NCBI GenBank assembly: GCA_051942165.1
Contig: JAVECS010000032.1
Location: 1-37,835 of the forward strand
Length of the DNA stretch: 37,835 nucleotides
Origin: Circinaria calcarea
Lineage: Eukaryota
Direction: 5' to 3'
In this document: positions 1 to 12,147 of the stretch, one piece after another
How the letters are laid out: each line of letters begins with the position of its first letter
How positions within the stretch are numbered: the stretch's first letter is position 1
Program-made: the position numbers and the translations under genes
Notes under the pieces: model-generated
What the model saw: the letters and a program-made list of their open reading frames with translations, nothing else
Told to the model about the DNA's origin: nothing
Database searches by the model: none

Positions 1-50
1 GGGAAGGGAAGGGAAGGGAAGGGAAGGGAAGGGGAGGGGAGGGGAGCGGG
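1..50 (+). repeat. (GGGAA)n / (GGGGA)n polypurine microsatellite
   Basis: Six GGGAA units followed by GGGGA units at the window start, about 250 nt past the TUP1 stop; may be truncated by the window edge. Confidence 0.95.
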
Positions 51-303
51 AGTTGGACCTTAGTCCCGCTTATATACAGTTCGTTGATCGACGGGTACGA
101 AGGAAGAAGCAATAGAGTCATCGTGGTCAGGGCAGCTGCCAGACAACATTCGGCAAGGAAGCCGGGACCTGATCGCGACACTATCAAGGGACTCGTTGCC
201 ACCGGCCCGAAGTCTACTTTGTTCCTCCAAACACCAGACTCTTCCCAGCCCCACAAATGGAGTAGGAGCAAACAGCCTCCTTCGAAACCGCCGGGCTCCC
301 CTA

Positions 304-2739
304 TCATCGTCCATCCCAAGGCACATATCTAGTAATGTCACATTTATTAGAGCCGATCTTGAAGACGAGCAACGCCTGGATACAGACCTCCAAATCCGTG
401 CACGCATGTCACCGCTGCCTGTAGCAAAGAGCCCGCCGGCAGGACTGGGAGCCACCGAGATGACTAGATATGAAAGTTCGGTAATTAGTCCATCACCCCT
501 TGTCTGTGTTTTCCTGTCTCTTCGCCAAGCGGGAGAGTCACGTGAACTCACCGGAATTCTTGTGGCCTTGGAGCATCAACTGCGTGTCTCCGGTTCTCGG
601 ATCCCAGAATTGCACCCCTCGATCTTTTGAGCCGCTGAGTACCCATGCGCCATCAGGAGTGAGTGCAACACTGAGGACAAAATCCTTCGGTCATGTTAGC
701 GGACCATCCCACAGCAGCTACCCGTGCAAAAAGCTCGATCAACCTCACCTTATGACCCTCGAATGTTCGCACGCATTTACCTCCCCGGGCGTTTTGGCCG
801 TTCATCATACCGCCGCGATCGCCACCCAGCTCCCACATCTTGATCGTTTTGTCAAGACTGCCGCTAACCAAATCTCTTCCATTGGGTGCAAAAGCCACTG
901 AGTAAACGCTGTCTTTATGGCCTTCGGGCCCGTCGAGTCTCTCAACTATATAACCGGTGCGAGCATCCCAGACCCTCACGCTTTTGTCAAGTGAACCGGC
1001 TGCTACATATTGTCCATCCGGAGAAATAGCTACGGTCGTCACCCCGTCTTCAATGCTCATGTTAAGAACCTCGCGGTCGGCCTCAATGTCCCAAACACGC
1101 ACCGTGCGGTCGCCACTGCCAGAAGCGATGTGGCGACCATTGCGAGCAAAATCCAGAGAGTATATGTCTTGTTCGTGGCCACTAAAGGTCCGCCTTATGG
1201 TTTTGTTTGCTATGTCCCAGACCTGAAGCGATGAACAATCAATATCGTAGAGCTTGTGTGATGGATCATGCACATGATTGGCTTACCCTAATCTGCTTAT
1301 CTTCTGCCCCGGTTGCTAAGTATTTTCCGTCCGGACTAAAGCACACACTGCGAATATAAAGGTCGCCATCCTTATCGACAGAGTCGTCTTGCAGATGCTG
1401 GACCTGTTTTCCTGTATTGACATCGAAAATTTGTGCCGAGCGATTGCAGCCGGTCGCAACGTATCTTCCATCCTGACTGAAACGTACACAACACACTACG
1501 CTCTCGTGCTGTAAGTTATGCACAAGGCCAACATCTAGGACACGAGGTACGCGCGGGTTGAAAACAGCAAACCAATCTTCCCCTTCACGCTTCTGATGCG
1601 GGCCTAGACGATCTGGATCCAGGTCCGCCAGCATATTCCCAACGTCGAGGACCCGGGATTGCTGTGGCGGAGGGGTGGGTCTCGGCATTTGTGGAGAAGG
1701 CCGAGCATCTGGGTACGGGGCTTGTTGATTCTGTTGTGGTGTAGCAGGACCAGGAGGACCACGGTTAGGTCGTCCTTTCCCCGGACCTGGTGACGCAGTC
1801 GATGGTGGAGGTTGTGAGCTATATCCTAGGCTATGTGTTAACCTTGCCCAAGAATGATGGAATACTCGCTAGCCTAGAATCAAGACATTGTCACGTCGGC
1901 GGCCAAAAAAAAAGAACCTGCAACTCGTATCGGTTGCTGTACGTAGGCACTCACCGTTTGATATCGGGGGTGGACCGTATCCTGCAAATTGAGGTGGTTG
2001 TGGTTGTTGAGGCCCTTGCTGCGGCTGCGGCATTTGGTGCGGTTGAGGGCCTTGTTGTTGCTGCTGATCTTGAGATGGGGGCGCTAGACCTGGCCCACCT
2101 TGACTCGGGGGATTAGTCATGATAGTACCGAAAAGTGTGCCTTGCCCATTGCCTATGTTTGGCGGCTGTGGGTGTGAAGGACCGGCATGCGGTGGTAAAC
2201 CACCCATATGAGCCGATGGACCGCCGCGAGCTTCCAACTCATGGCGAAGGCGAGCTATCTCTTCATCATATCTGCAATACAGACAGTCAGAAGTGAAGGG
2301 ATATTGGATCGACCTGGGTCAGTACCTCGTTTTGATCGCCAGCTGGGTTTGTTCCAGGCTGTATACCTTTTGCCTGACCATTTCCATTTCTTGCATTTGG
2401 GCCGCCACTAGGATATCAAGATCAGCCATTGGCCTGCAAGAGTCGATCTCCATGACTTCGTCCGTGGTACATCAATAGGGTTCCAAGATTCTCCTTCTCG
2501 ACAGATGGTGTAGTAATAATGGTTTTAAATCCGCAAACCCAATCACGCATGATAAAGGCGCGGAAGTATACAGGTTCCGGATCGTATAGCAAATAAGTGA
2601 ATCCAAGAGCAAACTTACTCTGCTGTTCATATTCCCCCGTCCGGTTTTGCTGGTTGTCAAATTCTGCGCGCACCTGATCTAGGAGCTCGGTCAAGCGATT
2701 GTTGGGCGCGGAGACCATCCCACGGTGGGCGTTGTACAT
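304..2739 (-). CDS. TUP1: General transcriptional co-repressor Tup1/RcoA (Tup_N coiled coil + WD40 repeats), 8 exons
   Basis: ATG 2739 [21 protein letters not shown], then [17 protein letters not shown] (Tup_N); WD repeats [80 protein letters not shown]; last exon YVPWDGR, TGA 304-306; 7 GT-AG introns keep frame. Confidence 0.96.
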
Positions 2740-4930
2740 TTTGCTTTGTAAACTATTGACAGGTCGAAGAGACAACGTGATTATTGCTGCGCTCGCCCAA
2801 AGGCACCGTGATGCCTGAAGGAGATGGAGAGTCGGCGGTCAACCGCCTGTAAGGGTGGGAAGGTCGGCAAGTTGCTTGCGAGCAGGCTACGACTGTCCGA
2901 ACGTGTCAAAGTAGGGAATGCTGGAAGGAGCCTCTCGATGTGCGTCCCCGGCGCGTATGTATGCGCAGGCAATGTGAGATCGTGGTTCGCCGGTCGGAGT
3001 TTTGGAAGCGAAAGCGTGTCGTGCGCAATAAGTGCGGATAGTCCAGTATGAATGCGGAGGTAGCCTCAGATGAGGCGTTAATGACAATGATGATGACGAT
3101 GACGGGCGCCGTGACCCCTCGGCAAGTCGTTTGGCCTCAGCTGAGAAGAGGGCAATTACTATAGGAAATGAGATTGTCTGGCGAGGTCGAGGGCGCAGGT
3201 GTAAAGAATGGTTACTCTGACGGGCGTAAAGTGAAGGTGGATACGAAGTACGGGGACTGGGAATTGGGATTGGAACTAGCCCACGTCCCAGTCTCGCCCA
3301 CAACACCGTAATTTGGGGGGACACGAGCTCTCTAAAAAAAAAAAAAAAAAGAGAAGGCTGGAGCACGGGCCTCCCTACCTCGTTCTAAAATACACCTAAG
3401 GCAGACGTGCCTTTACTGGCGCCCTCGGTCCGATACACGCTACTAGCACGGGGGGGAAATTCCCATCATGATCGAGATTCCCTACCTATTCCCTACCTAT
3501 TCCCTGCTCCGTTTCATTTGGCGGTTCCTGAGCTATCGTCCGACTTGCCGAGTCTCACGGACACAAAGCCGACAATGCTAAGGGAAAAGCCTTCGGCTCA
3601 AACCCGATCCAGTCTGTCATCTACATTCGATCTCATCATCTTCCTGTCGAATACGCAATGGAGATGAGGATCGCGGTACGGGGAGTAGTCTGACGGCTTT
3701 TCTGGGCAGATGAATATGCTTTCGGCCAAGATTTCACGGAAATCACGTTCACGTGACACATAGGGAAAACATTTGATTGCGTGTAAAATGAAATACGTTC
3801 CCAAGTGGTTAGAGTCGTTGCGGGATAAAGATGGTTGGATAAGAAGGGCTCCCCTACTCCTATAAAATGTACTCGAGGCCGTCTTGGACCGAATACCAAC
3901 GCTTGGGCAGTTGATCTTCTGATCTTTAACAACACATTGATTTTGCAGAAAAGATGCCCTGGGTCGGAGAACTTTCTTTCGCAGTCACTGCCAGTCATCT
4001 ACCTGCCACATGCGCGAAAGCCGACAGAGAGGCGTGTAGAACATATACGGAGCGTGACCCGAGTACCGCAGACACTTGGGGCCGTTTCGGTGATTCCTAC
4101 AAGGAGTTTGTTATGTACGGCAGGCTGGCATCGATACTCGAACCTTGATGTCGTAAAGTCTACGGTGGTCGCAGGCATAATAGCTGTTGGTGCGGTTTGG
4201 GACAAACCCTTGTATACTCGGCCGAAACAGCATAAAATCCGAGGAAAAAGGAGCTTTGATATTAAGGGTATCCTCCAGGGGCCCATTCCAATTTCCTGTC
4301 TAAAATTTGATATAAAGTATACATGTACAATGAAGCTATGTAAAGCTAGGCTGGGGTTCTTTCCGTGCACGTATGTATTGGCCGAGTCCAATTATTCCGC
4401 GCCTACATAATATCGTCTGATAATTGACAAAGTTCGCTAAATGCCCCAAATGTAGCTACATAAAATTAGATGGGGGGCTCCCTTCCACTCAGGATGTTTA
4501 CTGGCTGGTTATTCCCCTTTTAGCCCCAGCTGCAAAGTCCATTTTACTGGTTTTTGTGTCATTATTTGTAGTAGTAGCCTCCTAGGCCTCCCACATGCAA
4601 AGCTGAATGGCAGAGGCCGCTGCCGAAATAGCACCAAACCCTAGGATGATCCCCACCTACAAATCCCACACCTCTATGTACTATGAAGCCGCCAAGATGT
4701 AATCCAATGCCTAATCGGTACGGGGTCCAATCCCTCTGCCTGGTAATGAATCTTGCTCGCTAGCCCTGATGCTGCGGCCGCCGATAACGGAAGATTCACA
4801 GGAGCTGCGGTGTACTCGCCGCATAGTACTCAAACGATTGTGTTGACGAATTTTGTATTCACCGCCCCAGACCATGGTAAAAAGAGCGGGATATGAAACC
4901 TGGGAGAATGTCCTCTGCATATGCCAAGGG

Positions 4931-5959
4931 CTACTTACCCTTCGCTCCTACTAACCCGGGTAGATATAGCTTAGTATTCTCATATGCTAGGAAAGTAACA
5001 CAACTGCTAGGAATCACCCGCAGCAGATTTGGCCCCAGCCCTTTGTAGAAACCTGATATGCCCTCCCGCTTCCAAATTTGGCCGACCACATCTCGCGCAT
5101 TCTTGTATGTTTTGTCGGCATCGTAAGTTTGCAGCCTGGCTCTGATAACCTGGTAGGGGTAGGTGACGCTCCCAGCAACGAGCTTGCTTGTTCCGCTGCA
5201 GATTAAGAAGTCTATGTTGCTCAGGTTCTTGTACCCTCCAGCAACGCTGGGCCTGCGGTACTTCTTCATTTGCTCGTAAGCCATGAACTGAATTGCTCCA
5301 TGCGAGACTCCATATAGGGACGGCACAAGGCCACGATAAAACCCTTGGAGACCCTCCGACCGAAAAATACGCCGAGTACCGTCAGATATGGACCTGTACG
5401 CCCCATGGTGTGCCGAAGAGGTAGAGAGCAGGCGGGTCTTGATCACCCAGATCGGGTTCGTGCAGACAGATGTCAAAGCTCCTGAAGACAGATTAGCGTG
5501 AGGATCTCACACCACCGAAGGTGTGAAAGACCTGCTGCTCCGGACGCCAAGAAGAAGTCATAATACGAGAGACCATCTTCGGTGGTACCGTGGAATGCAG
5601 AAAGTGCGCCCTTGACTTGACCATACCACAGAAAGTACAGGGCCCAGCTCACGGAATTCCCAATGAGATTAGATGCAAGTCCCCGGTAGAAAGCTGACAA
5701 TCCGCCCTCGTTGCGTAGGATATTCTGGGCAACGCCGATAGAACTGCCAAGTTGAGATTGAGATGTGTTATTGACTAAGTTGGGTCAAAAGAGTCAACGG
5801 GAAGAAATCTCCCCGGGGGAAGGGGCACTTTAAACTCATACCTTGGAGACGGGTCTTGATTAAATCGAGCGGATGCACGATTATCGTAGTCACACCGCCG
5901 GCGGTGAGCCCGGCAATAGTTTCGACCAGCGGTTGTGGCAACGCTTCAAGATTATTCAT
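4931..5959 (-). CDS. FLX1: Mitochondrial carrier, FAD/folate transporter (Flx1/SLC25A32-like), 3 exons
   Basis: Three carrier signatures HPLDLIKTRLQ, NPIWVIKTRL, YPYQVIRARLQ; SWALYFLWY and GVSHGAIQFMAYE are typical of the Flx1/folate carrier subfamily. Confidence 0.85.
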
Positions 5960-6401
5960 ATGTATCCGTGATAGAGTTTCGCGATTCCAAGTTGCGGATT
6001 AATCATGCCAGATAAGCCGGCGGCAGCAATCACATGTTGTCATGGACGGAGTTGAAGATCTCTCCCTTGCACTTTATAGTTAATTATTATTACTGAAGCA
6101 GAACTATTAATAGGGTACTTTTCTTTTCGTACATGGCATTTCTTCAAGAGCGAGGATCGTCCACAGGTCAATTGAATCTTTAGCCCTCAGGGCGATTGGG
6201 TGTAATCTCACAAAAGACCAATGTTTTGCGCCAGTAATATAAGCTCCCTTGAACCGGCTGAGTAGATATCCCCTCGAGAACTACTATGATACATATCGAA
6301 TAACCGGTGCGTCTGTGCCTTAATCCATAACCTATCCGTAATAAGCACCCTCATTCCTCTGCTACGTTAACCTTTTCCGCGTGGCTCCTATTGATGCCAG
6401 A

Positions 6402-6789
6402 TTATGCGAGAGGAGAGAGAAGTCTGGGCCGTTGGGATTAATCGGTTGTGCTGGGCAGGTTGGTCAGAGATAGGCTACGTACCGGATGAATGGCGGCTTT
6501 GGATCGCTGCGAGTATAGCCTAGCAAAGATCAACAATCTCACGATGGACCTACAAGTCAGCTGTACATACCAAGGTAGATGATTAGAGGAAGATAGCCAC
6601 TGGTTGGTGTCAGCCAACTGATCTCTCGGCTTCTGATCACTGTGTATACTAATGTATGGCGATCCGTGAAATGTCGATAATTTTTGTAATGCGCTCCTAT
6701 GTCGACGTTTAGTGTCCGTAAACACGTGAAAGTGTCCAAAGGTAGAGGTAGAAGCATCATACCTTTGATTCCTCCGAGAGTTGGAACAT
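6402..6789 (-). CDS. TOM7: Mitochondrial outer membrane translocase subunit Tom7, 5 exons
   Basis: Not in ORF track. Joining five exons across four GT-AG introns gives [53 protein letters not shown] with the Tom7 hallmark [12 protein letters not shown]; ATG 6789, TAA 6402-6404. Confidence 0.95.
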
Positions 6790-6985
6790 AATTGCGAAAC
6801 GAGTTGATCCTGGGTGCTGTTGAAGTCAAAACAGTTGTTGGAGATGACGGATTACTGCGTGTTAAAATGGAAAAATCCTGGACGCTTCAAACCGCGCTAA
6901 CCTAGACGCGAATCCGCTTATTTCTGTCTCATCGTCAACCTCAAGGCCCGGAACAGATTTATATTGGAGACGTGATATTTCCTAC

Positions 6986-8095
6986 ATGATGTCTGGAGCC
7001 AGACACTGGTGAGATTTTACTGTATATAAATGGAATTAAACTGAATCTGCGTACAGGGAACAAGATAAAGAGGCTACAGTTTATATCGGGAATCTCGATG
7101 AACGAGTCACTGACAGTCTTGTCTGGGAGCTGATGCTGCAGGCCGGGCGTATTGTCAACGTACATCTGCCAAAGGATCGAGTCACACAGACGCATCAAGG
7201 TTATGGATTTGTCGAGTTCATCAGCGAAGAGGACGCAGAGTATGCGGCCAGAATTATGAATCAGGTCAGATTGTATGGCAAGCCTATTCGCGTGAACAAG
7301 GCATCGGCAGACAAACAAAAGACCGTAGAAGTTGGTGCCGAGCTCTTCATAGGGAATCTGGATCCCATGGTTTCTGAACAAACGCTCTATGATACCTTCA
7401 GTCGTTTTGGTAGCCTCATATCGGCCCCCAAGGTAAGTCGTGCCATCATGTGCCATGGATCTTAGCTGACTTTGGTTATTTAGGTTGCGCGCGATGATGC
7501 AAACCTTTCCAAAGGATATGGATTTGTTTCGTTTTCAAACTTTGAAGCATCCGATGAAGCGATTGCTAACTTGAACGGACAATACCTTATGAACAAAGAG
7601 ATCTCGGTGCAATATGCGTACAAAAAGGACGGCAAGGGGGAGCGTCATGGTGACGAGGCTGAACGAATGCTGGCAGCTCAGGCAAGGAAGCACAATGTAC
7701 AACCCTTAAGTCAGCCGCTCCCTGCCGGCTTGTTCACCGGAGCGACGCCAAGTGCCCCGGCAGCAATGATGGATGGCGATAGTGTTCGCATTATAGGTGG
7801 AATTCCTTCATCACCGGCCATATTCATGGGTGGACGCGGCGGATTGCCCAACGGAAACTACGCAAATGTACCTCCTCCGCAACAACGACCTGCTCTTTCG
7901 CCGCAGCCTCTGCCAACCCCTCCTTCAGGCTTACCAGCAAGGCCTCCTCCTTCACAGGCAGGTTATGGTGGTCCTCAAGGATTTCTTCCACCGGGATTCA
8001 ATTCCACGCAGCCCCCTGGATTCGCACCTCCACCGAGTGCTCCCCCTGGACTTCCGCTGGGTTTCCAGCCTACACCTTTTGTAAGGAATCGATAG
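6986..8095 (+). CDS. HSH49: Splicing factor 3b subunit 4 (Hsh49/SAP49), two RRMs + Pro-rich tail, 3 exons
   Basis: (M)[87 protein letters not shown]. Start is ATG 6986 or 6989. Confidence 0.95.
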
Positions 8096-8530
8096 GGTAT
8101 AAACTCAGAGAATTGTAGATACGACGCAGGATGGGGGTTATGTTTCGAGACTGAGGAGAAGAATCAATAGTACGTTCATCGTGATCTCCAGGAATCAAGT
8201 CAAGGATGTAAGTTTGATGAATGACGACACTGGGTTTAGCATCCATTGACTGCAATTAGAGACTGTTGGTAGGGTATCTGGCTCTCTAGCTTAAAAAGCA
8301 GTATCTGTTATGAGAAGCCTCGAAGTTTTGTGGTATTGCCTTTTCTAGGATACTAACTGTCCAACTGAGTCAGTCCGAGGGTGTTCTGAAGTAACATGAG
8401 ACCTGAATATCGGTACGGGCAAGTAGTTTTCGATGATTAGCAAACGTAGTAGATTGAAACCTTAGTAACCCATGAAAACAATCACCATCCACCACACTGA
8501 GATGAAAAGCCGTCCATCGCTCTACGCCAG

Positions 8531-8956
8531 TCAAGAAAAAGATACAAATTTGGGATCTCTAGGTCTACCATCGGGTCCAATATTATTCCTCGCAAAATTC
8601 CTCTGGGTATAGAGCCTTCTTGCTTCATCGAAGCCCACCCGATTGCTCTTCATAATCTTTCCAATTTCCTTCTTACCCTGCTGATCAAGACCAGCACGGG
8701 AGTCTCTTGAAGCTATGTTTCCTGCAAGATCAAAGTCGCTTGATGTAAAGCCGTCTTCGATATCGTGAGCAAAGGAGGACGGGAGGCGCTCATAGAGGTA
8801 GTTCGGAACGGTGATGTGGTGGAGCCAGCGGTCGCGGGTGAAAAAGAGTCCTGCCTGTCTCAGACAGATGGACAGGCATAAGAAGCGTTCTGAAAACCTA
8901 CCGGTTGCGAGTACGAGGCAACAGAAGGAGATTGTATATAGGAGGTAGCTGGCCAT
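8531..8956 (-). CDS. UPF0357/DUF2015 family small membrane protein, 2 exons
   Basis: N-terminal hydrophobic helix; SFxxDIEDGFTSSDFDL, DSRAGLD, C-terminal NNIGPDGRPRDPKFVSFS; one 51-nt in-frame intron. Confidence 0.85.
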   Translation of the reverse strand: MASYLLYTISFCCLVLATGRFSERFLCLSICLRQAGLFFTRDRWLHHITVPNYLYERLPSSFAHDIEDGFTSSDFDLAGNIASRDSRAGLDQQGKKEIGKIMKSNRVGFDEARRLYTQRNFARNNIGPDGRPRDPKFVSFS

Positions 8957-9250
8957 GTTCGCTGTTCGCTTTCCAAATTTGAGCGTACCACGTTTTGTGA
9001 TGCCCTATGTCTCTCGATTTATGATGAGATGCGACCCTCTTCACACCGGCTGTGGAGAGTAACGGGCCATGGTGATGGATGGAAGAACTGTTGGCTGGAG
9101 GTTGTATTCATTATTTAGAGGAGTCAGATGATAAGCACACTAATGGCGGGCTAAGGGTACAGTCGGTGCCCGAAGTGCCTGCCAAGGTTCTCAGCTTCTC
9201 AGCGCCCACAAATCAATCGAGTGTCAGCAATACCAAAATCAACGACAGTC

Positions 9251-9970
9251 ATGAGTGACCATCACCACTCAAACGTGTCTGCGGACCTGACCTGGGAGAT
9301 TGCGCGTATGCGCCTGGTTGGCGTCGGGAGGTGTACATGTAGCTGATTTGGTCCTCGTAGGCTCCAACAACTCATACTTGGTGAAGAGGAAGAGTGGAGG
9401 CGGGTCGCAGTTCTCACGAGATCCTCTCAATCTGATCAACAAACACTCAAGAAAGGTGCGTGTACTACGAGTGCCCGGGCGTTGCCACTCTTATGGCCAT
9501 CCGGCTAAGACTTGACTGCAGCATGCTGGCTTCGTCAACGATAAGGTACATCCACCCCTATCTTCGGGCATCTCTAGCAGTAAACTGAAAACTTCGCTGA
9601 CGGGGACGCTCAATGAAGGCCGTCGGGATCCACGCAGGGGAGAAGGGTGCAATTGTATTGACTACGAAGAAGACCAAACATGCCAACCGCCCAGGTGCAA
9701 ACAAGAATGAAATTGCTTTTGCTGGGAACAAATCAGGACCAAAGTCAGTGTGGACCAAACTCGGTCTACCCTCCCATCACTGAAACACATCTTCACAGAA
9801 TCTATAAGGGGATCGTCAATTACACTGCGAAGCAAGGATACCGGCCAGATCTACGCCGGGAGGCAGTCGCTCGTGCCAGTACTCTCCGTCAGATATCACG
9901 ACCGAAAAAGGGCATGGCGGAAAAGAAGCTCCGTGGGTCGAAAGCGAAAAAGGCGGCGGACAGCGAGTGA
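9251..9970 (+). CDS. RPL28: 60S ribosomal protein eL28 (L28e), 5 exons
   Basis: MSDHHHSNVSADLTWEIAR|SNNSYLVKRKSGGGSQFSRDPLNLINKHSRK|HAGFVNDK|AVGIHAGEKG..GYRPDLRREAVARAS; metazoan-type L28e naming. Confidence 0.93.
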
Positions 9971-10378
9971 ACAGCATATCTCCCGCAGTGTTGGGGTCTA
10001 GGATGTGCATAGATAGCCTCTAGAAATCCTAGCATCCAATTGTTTGCTCGAGTCAGCCAGGCAAGTGAAGTGCTGAACCGCTTTACGTACCCTGTGCCGG
10101 CCCAAGATTGTATACCTTCTTCGAACCGTCTCCAAGCGTCGTTTCCCTGTACCGGAGTATCGGATTAACTGCTAGCCGGTCGCTGGTCTTGCTGCAAGCG
10201 ACCCAAAAGCGCCTGTCCAGTAACCCCGCTTGGTGGGGCTGCTCCCATTCGGTCATAAGTGCCGGGTCCACTGCCAACTTACCGTCGTACTTCCTCATCT
10301 TCAAGCATCCCACATTTCCCACCACCGTTTTCTAGACAGAAGTGCAATCTTTATTTGCGTCTTTCCGCTATAATCATC

Positions 10379-11768
10379 ATGGTCAAAGTTGGTGGGCATT
10401 CGGACGTCTAGCCGTGCATATACGGACAGTCAACTGAAACTTTCACAGTGGTATTAGGAGCATCCGGTGGCATTGGCCAGGTCAGTCCTTGGAAACGGCC
10501 AGGCAAAGGCTGAAAAAGGAAGGGTGCCGTGGGAAAGCTGACCGGACCATCATCAGCCTCTCTCGCTTCTCTGCAAAGCTTGCCCCCTCGTTGACGAGCT
10601 ATCCCTCTACGATGTTGTCAATACCCCTGGGGTCACCGCCGATCTCTCGCATATCTCATCGATTGCAGTAGGCGCAGGCAATGTCTTCTAGTGTCTCCCA
10701 GATCTAATCGTTGACAGAAAATCACCGGGTACCTTCCCAAAGATGATGGCTTGAAGCACGCCCTTACAGGAGCCGACGTTGTACTTATCCCGGCCGGGAT
10801 TCCCCGTATGTTGTATGCCATAGCCGACTAGTGAGATGACGCTCATCAGAGATCAGGCAAGCCTGGTATGACCCGGGATGATCTCTTCAAGATAAATGCC
10901 GGAATTGTCCGTACCCTCGTTGAAGGGGTTGCGCAATACTGCCCCAAAGCGTTTATCCTGGTTATCTCGAACCCAGTAAACTCGACGGTTCCCATTGCGG
11001 CCGAGGTCATGAAAAAGGCTGGCGTCTTCGATGCCAAGCGTCTGTTTGGTGTGACGACTCTTGATGTGGTCCGAGCTGAGACTTTCGTTCAGGATATCAC
11101 TGGGGAGAAAGATCCGTCAAAGACCGTTATCCCAGTGGTTGGTGGGCATTCCGGGGAAACTATTGTGCCTCTTTTCAGTCAGGCAAAGCCAGCTGTTAAG
11201 ATTCCCGAAGACAAGCTTGACACCTTGGTGAAACGTGAGTCAACTAGTATTTAGCATAAGTACTGCGGTCTAATATTTTTGAAAGGTGTGCAATTCGGCG
11301 GAGACGAGGTTGTCAAAGCAAAGGATGGTGCCGGCTCTGCAACCTTGTCGATGGCATATGCTGGATTCCGGTAGGGCCTCCTGACCGAAATCATGTTCAT
11401 CGAAAGGGTCACTGACAAATCGTCTATTCAGCTTCGCGGAAAAGATCATCAAGGCTATTAAAGGCGAGAGAGGGATCGTTGAGCCCACATACATTTATTT
11501 GCCAGGTGTCTCCGGGGGGGAAGCTATCGCAAAGGAAACTGGAGTAGATTATTTCTCAGTACCGGTGGAGCTTGGTGTAAGTCTTCAGGCAGCAAAACAT
11601 GATTCGTTGCATGACTAACCCATACAGCCGTCCGGTGCAGAACATGCCAATAACCCGCTTGGGTCGGTAAATGAGTTCGAGAAGAAGCTGCTCGAAGCCT
11701 GTATTCAAGGTCTCAAAGGCAACATTGAAAAAGGAGTTGATTTCGTGCACAACCCGCCTCAAAAGTGA
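10379..11768 (+). CDS. MDH: NAD-dependent malate dehydrogenase without AUG-initiated mitochondrial presequence (cytosolic/peroxisomal type), 8 exons
   Basis: [90 protein letters not shown]; ends VHNPPQK, TGA 11766-11768. Alternative end at 11944 (see findings). Confidence 0.96.
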
Positions 11769-12147
11769 TTCACCCTTCTGGTGTCTATCCGTTTGGAGTT
11801 TTCTATTTCTTTCCTTCATACATTCTGCTGCTTCCCTTCAGAACGATCCCAACAACCTGATTCCCCATCGAAAGCAAAGACATGATACATAGCGGCTTTT
11901 GATGGAACTATGCTGATCAACGGCGTGCCCTAGGTAGGCTTTGAGTTGGAGGAAGCAGTGGGAACACGGAGCGTACTAGTCAACTTGAGCAGCTACATAA
12001 TTTGATAGCTCCTACCTAAGACAAAACTGATTTCCAAGTATGCACTATCAACAAAGCTATTGAAGAGTGTGGTTTTGGGTGGAGGTCTGAATCAAAGTTA
12101 ATCGTTGAGCCAGGCGGTATAAAACAAGCACTCAGAATCAGCAAGTG

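Noticed and set aside
2409..2618. Long TUP1 intron 1 as snoRNA host
   Set aside because: No convincing C/D or H/ACA boxes or guide found by eye.
3835..4410. 191-aa + ORF and antisense 130-aa ORF
   Set aside because: Non-ATG starts, no recognisable motif or splice pattern; probably chance ORFs.
6520..6570. TOM7 intron 3 has an internal GCTGAC..TAG|GT, suggesting a stwintron
   Set aside because: The internal intron would be only 21 nt, too short to splice; a single intron restores the frame.
11766..11886. Stop-codon readthrough of MDH
   Set aside because: Context is TGA TTC rather than TGA CTA and the extension would end -AKT, not a PTS1. The CAG at about 11841 gives -KTIPTT with no clear branch site.
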